Assembly: GCA_003162415.1 (NCBI GenBank)
Contig: PMOL01000011.1
Location: 84,701-148,700, forward strand
Direction: 5' to 3'
Length of the DNA: 64,000 bases
From: Candidatus Dormiibacterota bacterium
GTDB taxonomy: Bacteria; Chloroflexota; Dormibacteria; Aeolococcales; Aeolococcaceae
This document shows positions 49,168 through 58,524 of this stretch, one piece after another. The notes beneath the pieces are model-generated. The model ran no database searches. It was not told where the DNA came from and saw only the letters and a program-made list of their open reading frames with translations. A program made the position numbers and the translations under genes. Positions within the stretch are counted from its first letter, which is position 1. Every line of letters starts with the position of its first letter.

Positions 49168-50322
49168 CTACGCCTCGCCGATGCCCGCTTCTGCAGCGGC
49201 CTTTAGCCAACGACGGGCCTGGCCCAGCTCCGCCGGGTCGAGCAAGGTGGCGAGCGGCTGCCCGAGGTTGTACTGGGCGAAGGGGTCACCGCCCTCGGCA
49301 GCCGCTGTCAACCAGCGTCGAGCCTCGTCCAGGTCGGGCCGGTCGAGTTCGGTGGCCCACATCCCGAGGCAGTACTGGGCGTGGGCGTTGCCGGCTTCGG
49401 CGGCGGACGTGAACCAGCGGCGGGCCTCGTCACGATCGGGCCGGGTCGCGCCAAAGTGCGAGCACCCCGAGGGTAGTCCTTGGCGTCGGTGTGACCGGCC
49501 GCGGCGGCAGCGGTGAACCAGCGGCGGGCCTCGTCGACCTCGGGCGGGTAGAACCGGAAGGCGAGCAGCCGCCCGAAGCGGTATTGAGCGTCAGTGTCAC
49601 CGGCTTCGGCGGCCGACGTGAACCAACGGCGGGCCTCGTCGCGCTCGGGCCTGTCGGGCCGAAGGAGCAGCCACCCGAGGTAGGTCTGGGCGGCGACGTA
49701 GCCGGCTTCGGCGGCGGCCGTGAACCAGCGGCGCGCCTCCTCCAGATAAGGCGGGTCGAGTTGGGTGACGAGCAGCTGCCCGAGCCTGTACGGGGCATCG
49801 ACGACACCGGCTTCGGCGGCGGCCGTGAACCAGCGGCGAGCCTCGTCGACCTCGGGCGGGCTGAGCAACGTGGCTAGCAGCCACCCGAGGTGGGTCTGGG
49901 CGGCGACGTCACCGGCTTCGGCGGCGACCGTGAACCAAACGGCGAGCCTCCCCGAGCTCGGGTGGGTCGAGTTGGGTGGCGAGCAGCACCCCGAGGTGGA
50001 TCTGGGCGGAGACCCGGCCGGCTTCGGCGGCGGCGGTGAACCAACGGCGAGCCTCCTCGAGCTCGGCAGGGTCGAGTTGCGTGGGTTCGCTCACCGGAGC
50101 ATCATGTGCGCTCACTGCGACAGGTGGGTGTCGCCGTGCTCTGGTGGCTCGGCGCCGAGTCAAGGTGGTCGGTCGGAGCGAGATGATCACGTCGCACGTG
50201 GTTCGCGTCATCTGGATCGCCAGCAGACTTACGGCGTCACAGCCTCCCTGGCAGTCCCGAACGGGTTGCTCCTTTCGGGCTTGCACGGCCCTCCGAAACG
50301 CCCGAAGGTCCTTCCAAATCAC
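49168..50322 (-). pseudogene. Sel1-like repeat (SLR/TPR-like) protein gene, disrupted by at least two frameshifts
   Basis: Three consecutive minus-strand ORF pieces in different frames (49909-50322, 49308-49868, 49168-49362). Each encodes repeats of about 35 aa of the form EARRWFTAAAEAG..AQY.LG.LL. Confidence 0.5.
49200..50100. repeat. imperfect tandem repeat, period 105 bp, about 8 copies (encodes the Sel1-like repeats)
   Basis: The motif gtgaaccagcggcg(g/a)gcctcgtc recurs at about 49305, 49410, 49515, 49620, 49725, 49830, 49935 and 50040. Confidence 0.6.
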
Positions 50323-50377
50323 GCTGACATCCGATATCCGATAGTTATTGGAAGCCAGCTGATCTAGACTCCGACTC

Positions 50378-51457
50378 GTGCGGGATTACGCCCTCCTGCT
50401 CGTCGACGGGCATCTGCGCCCGCCACCCCCCGATCCAACGATCTGGGTCAGTTCCGCGCATGGCATTGAGCAGGTCGTCAAGGTTCATCTGACGCAGGCT
50501 GCCGACGTCCCGGCCGAGCCTGCGGACGTCGCGGCCGAGATGCGGAAGTTGCAGCTGCAGATCTTGATGACGAAGGCGTCGAGCACACTGCGGGCCTACC
50601 TCACCGATCTCCGAGACTTCAACGCGTACTGTCAAGCGCAGGGGTCGACGGCGCTGCCTGCGGCGCCAGAGACGATCGCCCGTTACCTCGCTACTCTCGT
50701 CGAACGCGGCTACAAGCCGTCAACGATCTTGCGCCGGCGAGCATCTATCGCGAGGGCGCACCGGCTCGCCGGCCACCGCTTCTCCGAGATAGCCGATACG
50801 TTGGTTCGGCCGCTCCTCGGCACTCTCCGACGACAGATGCAATTTTCCGCGAAAAAGCCGGCGCTGGACGTCACCACCCTGCGGCGGATGCTGCGAGCCA
50901 CCCCGCAGCGGACTGCGGCTGGCGCCCGAGACCGGCTCATGCTCTTGCTTGGTTTCGCCGGCGGACTCAGGGCGAGTGAGTTGATCGCCCTTGACGTCAG
51001 AGACATCCACGTGACCGACCAGCATCTACGGCTTCTGCTCCCGGACGCACGCACCGGCTCGTGGTACGTCGCGCGCGAGGTCGCTATTCCCCGCGGCGAA
51101 CATCCGGAAACCTGCTCCGTGCGCGCAATTCGGGCCTGGTACGCGATCAGTGATATCCATAGCGGGGCCCTCTTCCGGCCCATCGACCGCCATGGTCGGG
51201 TGGGAGCAACACGGCTCAGCGCCCGCGCGGTGGCGCTCGTGATCAAGCGAGCAGCCCAAGGCGCCGGCATCGATCCGACGCTCTACGCCGGCCACTCGTT
51301 GCGCGCCGGCTTCGTGACTGCGGCGCTGGCGGGTGGCGCCCCGGAGCGCGTCATCGTTGTGCAGACAGGGCTTCACTCGCTGTCGGGTGTGCCCCGCTAC
51401 CTTCGTCGCAGACGGAGTCGGCTCGACAGGGACGCCGCAGCCTATTTGGGGCTGTGA
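50378..51457 (+). CDS. tyrosine-type site-specific recombinase (XerC/D-like phage integrase family)
   Basis: N-terminal SAM-like core-binding domain, then a catalytic domain with R...HSLR...Y (AGHSLRAGFVTAA...VPRYLR). The real start may be downstream, at the Met at about 50540-50567. Confidence 0.75.
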   Translation: MRDYALLLVDGHLRPPPPDPTIWVSSAHGIEQVVKVHLTQAADVPAEPADVAAEMRKLQLQILMTKASSTLRAYLTDLRDFNAYCQAQGSTALPAAPETIARYLATLVERGYKPSTILRRRASIARAHRLAGHRFSEIADTLVRPLLGTLRRQMQFSAKKPALDVTTLRRMLRATPQRTAAGARDRLMLLLGFAGGLRASELIALDVRDIHVTDQHLRLLLPDARTGSWYVAREVAIPRGEHPETCSVRAIRAWYAISDIHSGALFRPIDRHGRVGATRLSARAVALVIKRAAQGAGIDPTLYAGHSLRAGFVTAALAGGAPERVIVVQTGLHSLSGVPRYLRRRRSRLDRDAAAYLGL

Positions 51458-51736
51458 GGGCCCCCTGACTAGCCTCAAACGTAACCGCGCTTCAAGAGCG
51501 TCCGACCCAGCGCCACGAGTCTCAACACCCTCGTCACTCGCTGGTGCATCCCGTCGCCTCCCCGAGGAAGGACGAAGGCGGATCTCAATCTCGGCGTGAA
51601 TCTGGCGAACGGTACCTCGCGTTGCCGTAGGTACATAGATGAGTGACTGGTAGCTCGCGCAACGCGATGGGGGGATTCCTCCGCCTCGCTGATTGGCTCC
51701 GCCACCCGGCCACGATCGCTGTGCTGGGGCGCGTCC

Positions 51737-51940
51737 TCATCGGCCTTCCGATCGAAGTGCCTCGATGTATTGATCGAGGTCGCTCACGGCAACGCGGACG
51801 GCTCGCCCAAGCTTCACCCGCGGGAGTTCGCCTCGGGCCAGGAGCCGTTCGACGTGGCGCCGACTACAGCTCAAATAGATCGCCGCGTCGCTCAGGGTCA
51901 CCAACCGACGGCACGTCGGTACGTCGAGTCCATTCGCCAC
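51737..51940 (-). CDS. excisionase/MerR-like HTH DNA-binding protein
   Basis: A 67-aa helix_turn_helix_17-type protein (LSDAAIYLSCSRRHVERLLARGELP). It lies immediately upstream of the integrase in the same orientation. Confidence 0.7.
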   Translation of the reverse strand: MANGLDVPTCRRLVTLSDAAIYLSCSRRHVERLLARGELPRVKLGRAVRVAVSDLDQYIEALRSEGR

Positions 51941-52089
51941 CGACTTTCTCCACGACCTGTCTTCAAACAGTCGCTGCAGCGAGTGGAGAGGCGGTGCGTC
52001 ATCGGGGCGGTCATTCCCCGATGGAGCTCAGTTGGCGACAGCTAGAAAATACACCCCGTTGTGGTGCCGTGTCAAAGGAGCCAAACGAC

Positions 52090-53259
52090 TCAAGCGAAGA
52101 CCCCGTTCAACGCCTCCGCGGCGCTGCGTTGCATGGTCTCGGTCACGTGCGAATAGAGGTCCAGGGTGACCGCAACGGTTGCGTGCCCAAGCATCTCGCT
52201 GGCCACCTTCGGGTGCACGCCGCGGCTCAACATGAGGGTCGCCGCGGTGTGGCGCAGATCATGGAAGCGGATGGGAGGGAGCGCTGAGCGACGCAGCAGA
52301 GCCTTGAACTGTTCGGTCAGACGCGACGCGTGCAGGTAACCACCCGTCGCGCTGCAGAACACGAGATCGCGGTCCTGCCAGACATTGGCGGCGGCAACCC
52401 GTTCAGCGACCCACGCGCTGCGCCGCTGGCGCAAAGCATCGAGCGCGACCGCGGTGAGTTCGACGCGGCGACGCGATCGTCGCGTCTTCGGCTCGGTCGA
52501 CTCCAAGTGCGAGCGTGGAACCCCCGGATCTCTGGCGAGCCGCCGCGGCGTGTAGACGCGGACCAGGCTCCCCGTCACCGCCAAAGAGCCACCGTCCAGG
52601 TCGACGTCGGACCAGCGCAGCGCGAGCAGCTCGCCCTGGCGGAGACCTGCGGTCACGGCCAGCACGTAGAGCGCCTCCAGACGGTCGCCCACGACGGCGT
52701 CAACCAGTCGCCGGGCCTGCTCGGGCGAGAGGACGGACATGTCGCGGTGGGTCACCCGCGGGGGGTCGACGAGCCCAGCAATGTTGGTGGGAAGCACGCG
52801 CCAGCGGACGGCCTGTTGGAGCGCTCGATGGAGGGTCGCATGGCTCCGCTTGACCGTCGCTGGACTCAGGCCCCGATCCAGGAGCGCAGCGTACGCACGT
52901 TGGACATCTCCGGGGCCCAGCCGCTCCAACCAGAGCCGACCGAGATGCGGAATCAGGTGCAGCCTGACCTGTTCCTCGTAGCGGTCCCACGTGCGCGGTT
53001 TTAAGGACGGCCGGACACCGTCGAGCCAGTCCATGAGGTATGACGCGACGGTCTGTCGCCTCGGCAGCGGCGTGAGTCCACTGTCGCGATTGCGGGTTGC
53101 GTCGCGGAGCTTCTGGGCGGCCTCGTGGCGGGTCTTGCCGTACACCGCTTTCCGGCTCACACGGCCCGTGGCATCGGTCGTCACGTAGCGAGCCTGCCAG
53201 CGCCCATCCGGCAGCGGCCGCGACCCGACCGTCCCCTCGCCGGCGGTACGTTTCCTCAT
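52090..53259 (-). CDS. tyrosine-type integrase (phage integrase family)
   Basis: N-terminal arm/SAM-like domains (GRWQARYVTTDATGR...). The catalytic domain carries the R, HxxR and Y residues (RHTAATLM...LGHATVAVTLDLYSHV). The start is MRKRTAGEG at 53259, adjacent to the tRNA 3' end. Confidence 0.85.
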   Translation of the reverse strand: MRKRTAGEGTVGSRPLPDGRWQARYVTTDATGRVSRKAVYGKTRHEAAQKLRDATRNRDSGLTPLPRRQTVASYLMDWLDGVRPSLKPRTWDRYEEQVRLHLIPHLGRLWLERLGPGDVQRAYAALLDRGLSPATVKRSHATLHRALQQAVRWRVLPTNIAGLVDPPRVTHRDMSVLSPEQARRLVDAVVGDRLEALYVLAVTAGLRQGELLALRWSDVDLDGGSLAVTGSLVRVYTPRRLARDPGVPRSHLESTEPKTRRSRRRVELTAVALDALRQRRSAWVAERVAAANVWQDRDLVFCSATGGYLHASRLTEQFKALLRRSALPPIRFHDLRHTAATLMLSRGVHPKVASEMLGHATVAVTLDLYSHVTETMQRSAAEALNGVFA

Positions 53260-53388
53260 GCCCTCGACGATACGCCGATTGGCATCGATTGGCATCACCA
53301 TTGGCATCAGTTGCCCAAAATGGCCCGGCAAGGCCGCCGTGTTGCGGTCGCAGCCGGACGCGAAATCCCTTATGCTGTATGAGAAATC

Positions 53389-53479
53389 CGGAGCGAGAGG
53401 GATTCGAACCCTCGATACCGCTTGACGCGGTATACCGCATTTCCAGTGCGGCGCCCTCGGCCAACTAGGCGATCGCTCC
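53389..53479 (-). tRNA. tRNA-Ser (anticodon GGA)
   Basis: Cloverleaf with a 7-bp acceptor stem (GGAGCGA/TCGCTCC), a 3-bp D stem, the anticodon loop CUGGAAA, a long variable arm and the T arm GGTTCGAATCC. CCA is not encoded. Confidence 0.8.
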
Positions 53480-53824
53480 TCCGCGATTGTATCCGCCACC
53501 TGCCCACAGCCCCCTCGCGCCACCAGCCGCCGGTTTCGCCCCCACCGCCTACAGGGTATCTACCATCTGAGCTTCATTTCGCCTCAGGGAGAAACTCGTC
53601 ATGTGTGTCCTGTTCGCCTTCCTCCTCTTTACAGCCCTGCTCTTCGGTTTGGGATTCGCGCTCCACGTCCTCTGGTGGATCGCCTTCATCTTCCTGATCT
53701 TCTGGCTAATCGGGCTCGCGTTTCGCCCGCGGGGCGGACGCTGGTACTACTGGTAACGCGGCGGCCGCAGATCGCGCGATCGCACGGGTCCAGGTCGGGG
53801 CTCGCCCGTATACTCGACGCTCCC

Positions 53825-53913
<89 letters not shown>

Positions 53914-53935
53914 ACGGACGAAGTCGCGCGCGGCG

Positions 53936-54526
53936 CTACACCGACCCGGCCACCGTCTGCGCGGCGGCCCCGACCTGCGAGTCCATGTCGGCGCCGCTCT
54001 TCGTTCCCGACGAGACGTTGAGCACCACAAGGTAGTTGTCCTTGACGAATGCGTAGGTGACCGAATTCGCCTCGATCTCCTTGATCGCGCCGGTTCCCAG
54101 CCCCGACACCGCAACCGCGCTGCCCCCATTGGAGTTCGCCTGGCCGCTGAGCGCCGTCGCGATCGCCGCCTGAAGCGCGGCCTGGCCGATGGCTCCCGGG
54201 AACGGCTCCACGAAGATCACGCCGCCACCACCGCCGCTGCCGGTCGTGTCCGAATAGATGCAGGTGGTCGTCGAGCATGCCCCCATGAGAGCCGTGACGC
54301 CGGAGTCGCCGCTGATGGTCTGAACGTCCGCGGCGGTGAGCAGCGTGGTCGCGGCTGGAGCCGACCCGGTCGACCCGCCACCGAGGCCGGGAATGGTCGG
54401 CAAGGTCAGGCCGCCGCTCGACGCCGTCGGCGTCGGGGTTGACGCATTGCTGGCTCCGCCGCAGCCGGCGATCCCGATGATCGTGCCAATGGAGAGAGCT
54501 CCCACAAGGAGAGGCTTGCTGGTCAT
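53936..54526 (-). CDS. lipoprotein, Gly/Ser/Thr-rich, function unknown
   Basis: Signal peptide with the lipobox IAGCGG. The start is MTSKPLLVGAL at 54526. The upstream part of the longer ORF is Arg-rich and unlikely to be coding. Confidence 0.6.
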   Translation of the reverse strand: MTSKPLLVGALSIGTIIGIAGCGGASNASTPTPTASSGGLTLPTIPGLGGGSTGSAPAATTLLTAADVQTISGDSGVTALMGACSTTTCIYSDTTGSGGGGGVIFVEPFPGAIGQAALQAAIATALSGQANSNGGSAVAVSGLGTGAIKEIEANSVTYAFVKDNYLVVLNVSSGTKSGADMDSQVGAAAQTVAGSV

Positions 54527-54696
54527 CGAATTCCTCTTGGTCGTCTGCCAGCGCTCCCTCCGCGCTGAATCGCCGCAGATGATAGCGGTCGCAAGACCCA
54601 ATCCACCCCCGTTACCGAATCGGGAGAACGACTTCACCTTGGTACAGTCGAAGCAATGCCGCCCGTGACCCGCGCGACCCCCGGAGCACCGCTGCC

Positions 54697-56736
54697 GTGA
54701 TCCACGGAGGCGCATTCATGGGCGGCAAACGAGACAAGCCGTCCGGCCGGGTTTCCAACCGCCGGCTCCTTCGCCAGACCGCGGGTCTGTTCAAGGCCCA
54801 CCGGCTCGGGGTGGCGGCGATCGCCTTCCTGGTGGTCATCACCGCCGGAGCCGGCGTGGTGAATCCGATCCTCATCAAGGTCGTTTTCGATACCGCGCTG
54901 TTCCCGACAACCACGGTCCACGGCAAGCTCGTCGCCCTCCCGGTGGTGCTGCCACGCCTCGAGGTGCTGGTCGGGATCATGATCGGCATCACGATCGTCA
55001 CCGGGGCGATCGGCGTACTCCAGACGTACGTCACCAACCGCGTCGGTCAGCGCGTCATGGAGGAGTTGCGCAACCGCCTCTACGAGCACCTCCAGGGCAT
55101 GTCACTCCGCTTCTTCACCGGCACGCGCACCGGCGAGATCCAGTCGCGCCTGACCAACGACGTCGGCGGCATCCAGTCGGTCGTCACCGACACCGCCACC
55201 TCTCTCCTCTCCAACGTCGTGACGCTGCTGAGCACGCTCATCGCGATGCTGGTGCTCTCCTGGCAGCTGACCGTGCTCTCGCTGGCGATCACCCCGCTCT
55301 TCGTCTTCTACACGTACCGCGCGGGCAGGGTGCGCCGGCAGATCACCATGCAGGCGCAGGAATCGAAGGCCGAGATCAGCGCGATCACCGAGGAGACGCT
55401 CTCCGTCTCCGGGATGCTCCTCGCCAAGGTCTTCGGCCGCGGATCCGAGGAGGTCACGCGCTTCCGAAAGGAGAATCACCGGCTTGCCAATCTGGCCATC
55501 CGCCAGGAGATGATCGGTCGAGCGCTCTTCGCGGTCATCGGTGCGTTCTTCAGCAGTGCCCCGGCGCTGGTCTACCTCATCGCCGGTTTCGTGCTTTCCG
55601 GCAATCACGGCCCCAGTGCTCCGATTACCGCGGGCACGATCGTCGCCTTCACCACGCTGCAGAGCCGGCTCTTCTTCCCCATCGGCAGCATGCTCTCGGT
55701 GTCGATCGAGATCCAGGCGAGCCTCGCGCTGTTCGAGCGCATCTTTGACTACCTCAAGATGCCGCACGACATCGTCGACCGGCCGGACGCACGCGTGGTT
55801 GCGGCGGAAGACGTCAAGGGCGACGTCCGCCTCGACCACGTCTACTTCCGCTATGACCGTGGCACCTTCGGCCCGATGACCGAGCCGATCCACCGACCAG
55901 CGGCGCCGACGCCGATACCGAACGGACACGCACCCGACGAGAACGACCCGGTCCCCAACGAGATCCGCCGCGATTGGGCGATCGAGGACGTGAGCTTCGA
56001 GGTCAAACCCGGCCAGCTTGCGGCGATCGTCGGGCCGAGCGGCGCCGGCAAGACGACCATCTCCTACCTGATCCCACGGCTGTACGACGTCTCCAAGGGA
56101 GCCCTCCTCCTCGATGGCATGGACGTCCGCGACTACACGATCGCATCGCTGGCCGATGCGATCAGCATGGTCACGCAGGAGACGTACCTCTTCCACGCAT
56201 CGGTGCGGCGCAATCTCACCTACGCCAAGCCGGACGCGACCCAGGAAGAGCTCGAGGCCGCAGCGCGTGCGGCATTCATCCACGACCGCATCGTCGCGCT
56301 CGACGAGGGCTACGACACGCTGGTCGGGGAGCGCGGTTACCGGATGTCCGGTGGCGAGAAGCAGCGTCTCGCGATCGCGCGGGTCGTCCTCAAGTCACCG
56401 CGCGTGCTGATCCTCGACGAGGCGACCTCGGCACTCGACACCACGAGCGAGCGCCTCGTCCAGGCGGCTCTCGAGCCGCTGCTCACCGGTCGCACCACCA
56501 TCGCGATCGCGCACCGGCTCTCCACCATCCTGGCCGCCGACGTCATCTTCGTCATCGACCGGGGCCGCCTCCTCGAGCAGGGCACCCACGCCGAGCTCCT
56601 GCGCCGCGGCGGCGCGTACGCGAAAGTCTACGAGCAGCAATTCCAGGGCGGGCGCGTCGAGGCCGTCTGCGAGGATGGCATGGTGCTGGCGAGCGGTGAA
56701 GTCGTCGCTGCCGCACCAACAGCTCCGGCAGCGTAG
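54697..56736 (+). CDS. ABC transporter permease/ATP-binding fusion protein (type I exporter, MsbA-like)
   Basis: Six-TM ABC_membrane domain plus an NBD (Walker A GPSGAGKTT, signature MSGGEKQR, Walker B LILDEATS). There is an insertion of about 45 aa, Pro-rich, ahead of the NBD core. Confidence 0.85.
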   Translation: MIHGGAFMGGKRDKPSGRVSNRRLLRQTAGLFKAHRLGVAAIAFLVVITAGAGVVNPILIKVVFDTALFPTTTVHGKLVALPVVLPRLEVLVGIMIGITIVTGAIGVLQTYVTNRVGQRVMEELRNRLYEHLQGMSLRFFTGTRTGEIQSRLTNDVGGIQSVVTDTATSLLSNVVTLLSTLIAMLVLSWQLTVLSLAITPLFVFYTYRAGRVRRQITMQAQESKAEISAITEETLSVSGMLLAKVFGRGSEEVTRFRKENHRLANLAIRQEMIGRALFAVIGAFFSSAPALVYLIAGFVLSGNHGPSAPITAGTIVAFTTLQSRLFFPIGSMLSVSIEIQASLALFERIFDYLKMPHDIVDRPDARVVAAEDVKGDVRLDHVYFRYDRGTFGPMTEPIHRPAAPTPIPNGHAPDENDPVPNEIRRDWAIEDVSFEVKPGQLAAIVGPSGAGKTTISYLIPRLYDVSKGALLLDGMDVRDYTIASLADAISMVTQETYLFHASVRRNLTYAKPDATQEELEAAARAAFIHDRIVALDEGYDTLVGERGYRMSGGEKQRLAIARVVLKSPRVLILDEATSALDTTSERLVQAALEPLLTGRTTIAIAHRLSTILAADVIFVIDRGRLLEQGTHAELLRRGGAYAKVYEQQFQGGRVEAVCEDGMVLASGEVVAAAPTAPAA

Positions 56737-56745
56737 AGGGCGCGC

Positions 56746-58179
56746 GTGCCGTCGCGCCTCGACGCCGTGGTCATCGGCAGCGGCCCCAACGGTTTGGCCG
56801 CGGCCGTAGAGCTGGCTCGTGGCGGGGCTGAGGTGCTGGTGCTGGAATCCGCGCCAACCATCGGCGGCGGAACCCGAACCGCGGAGCTGACCCTTCCCGG
56901 CTTTCTCCACGACGTGTGCTCCGCCGCGCACCCGCTCGGCATCCTCTCGCCATACCTCCGCACCCTCCCACTCGCCGACCACGGCCTCACCTGGATTCAG
57001 CCGCCGGCCTCGGTCGCCCACCCGCTGGACGGCGAGCCGGCGGTCATCCTACGCAAGTCGCTCGACGCCACTGCTGATGCCCTGCGACCGGATGCCGCCG
57101 CGTACCGGCGGCTGATGCGTCCGCTGCTTCGCCACCCGCACGAGCTCCTCGCCGAGATCCTCGGTCCCGCACACCTCCCCCGCCACCCGCTCGTGCTCGC
57201 GGGCTTCGGCGTGCCGGCGCTGCTCCCGGCCACGGTCCTGGGGCGGACCTGGTTCCGCGGCGAACGCGCCCGGGCCCTGTTCGCCGGCTGCGCGGCCCAC
57301 TCGATCCTGCCACTGACGCGGCCGGTCAGCGCGGCCATCGGCCTCCTGTTCCTGCTCGCAGCGCACGTCGAGACCTGGCCGATCGCGCAGGGCGGGTCGG
57401 CCGCGATCACCACCGCACTCGCCAGATACCTCGTCTCCTTGGGCGGGCGTATCGAGACGGGGACGCAGGTTGGTGCGCTCGCCGACCTCCCTCCGTCGCG
57501 GGTGGTGCTCTTCGACACGAGCCCCGACCAGGTCGCAACCATCGGGTCACCGGTGCTGTCCCGCGGCTACGTGGACCGGCTCCGTCGATTCCGCTACGGG
57601 CCGGGCATCTTCAAGGTCGACTGGGCTCTCGATGGCCCGATCCCTTGGGCCGATCCGGCATGCCTCGAATCGGCGACCGTGCACGTCGGTGGAACGCTCG
57701 ACGAGATCGCGGCCTCGGAGGCAGCCGTCTGGCACGGTCGGGTCTCGGACCGGCCGTACATGATCGTGGTGCAGCCGAGCCTCTTCGACAGCTCGCGGGC
57801 ACCCGCCGGCAAGCACACCGGCTGGGCGTACTGCCATGTCCCCGCTGGATCCACGCTCGACCTCACCGACGTCCTCGAGCGCCAGGTCGAGCGGTTCGCG
57901 CCCGGGTTCCGCGACCGCATCCTGGCGCGCCACGTGATGAACACCGCGGCGCTGGAGCAGTACAACGCGAACTACGTCGGCGGCGCGATCACCGGCGGCG
58001 TCACCGACCTCGGCCAGCTCTTCACCCGGCCGGCGGTGCGCGCCAATCCGTATTCCACACCCAATCCCGACGTGTTCATCTGCTCCGCCTCGACACCTCC
58101 CGGCGGTGGCGTGCACGGTATGTGTGGCTACCACGCGGCGCGCGCAGCGCTGCGACGCCTGTCCTCCGCCGCTGTGTGA
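56746..58179 (+). CDS. FAD/NAD(P)-binding oxidoreductase (phytoene-desaturase/amine-oxidase-like)
   Basis: N-terminal VVIGSGPNGLAAAVELARGGAEVLVLE dinucleotide-binding motif and a GG-type amine oxidase fold. Confidence 0.75.
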   Translation: MPSRLDAVVIGSGPNGLAAAVELARGGAEVLVLESAPTIGGGTRTAELTLPGFLHDVCSAAHPLGILSPYLRTLPLADHGLTWIQPPASVAHPLDGEPAVILRKSLDATADALRPDAAAYRRLMRPLLRHPHELLAEILGPAHLPRHPLVLAGFGVPALLPATVLGRTWFRGERARALFAGCAAHSILPLTRPVSAAIGLLFLLAAHVETWPIAQGGSAAITTALARYLVSLGGRIETGTQVGALADLPPSRVVLFDTSPDQVATIGSPVLSRGYVDRLRRFRYGPGIFKVDWALDGPIPWADPACLESATVHVGGTLDEIAASEAAVWHGRVSDRPYMIVVQPSLFDSSRAPAGKHTGWAYCHVPAGSTLDLTDVLERQVERFAPGFRDRILARHVMNTAALEQYNANYVGGAITGGVTDLGQLFTRPAVRANPYSTPNPDVFICSASTPPGGGVHGMCGYHAARAALRRLSSAAV

Positions 58180-58189
58180 AGATGTGGCC

Positions 58190-58522
58190 ATGATCCTGGT
58201 GGTGTTTCGATCGCGCAACCGGCCGGATGGCGACCTCGAGGAATATTCGCGGCGCAGCAAACGCCTCCACGAGCTGGTGCAGGACCACCCCGGGTTCATC
58301 TCGATCGAGAGCTTCGAGACACCCGACGGTGAGGAGGTGTCGCTCGAGCTGTTCGAGAACGAAGAGTCCGTGAAGGCGTGGCGTGACAACGCCGAGCACC
58401 GCGATACGCAACGATGGGCGCGCGACCACTTCTACTCCTGGTACTCGGTACAGGTGAGTGAGGTTATTCGCGCGTACGACGTCGACCTCATGGCACCCAG
58501 CGAGGCGGCAGCCGCCTCGTAG
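58190..58522 (+). CDS. antibiotic-biosynthesis-monooxygenase (ABM) domain protein
   Basis: About 110 aa with a ferredoxin-like ABM pattern (MILVVFRS...ISIESFE...WRD..AH). The start is an internal Met of the longer ORF. Confidence 0.6.
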   Translation: MILVVFRSRNRPDGDLEEYSRRSKRLHELVQDHPGFISIESFETPDGEEVSLELFENEESVKAWRDNAEHRDTQRWARDHFYSWYSVQVSEVIRAYDVDLMAPSEAAAAS

Positions 58523-58524
58523 CG

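Larger units (their letters stand above)
37754..53479. mobile_element. putative integrated genomic (defence) island at tRNA-Ser(GGA)
   Basis: A tyrosine integrase (52090-53259) lies immediately 3' of the minus-strand tRNA-Ser, with an excisionase and a second recombinase nearby. The cargo is RM, Type IV restriction and TIR genes plus a lone capsid gene, with decayed genes at the distal edge. The distal boundary is approximate. Composition appears slightly lower in GC than the flanks, by eye only. Confidence 0.5.
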
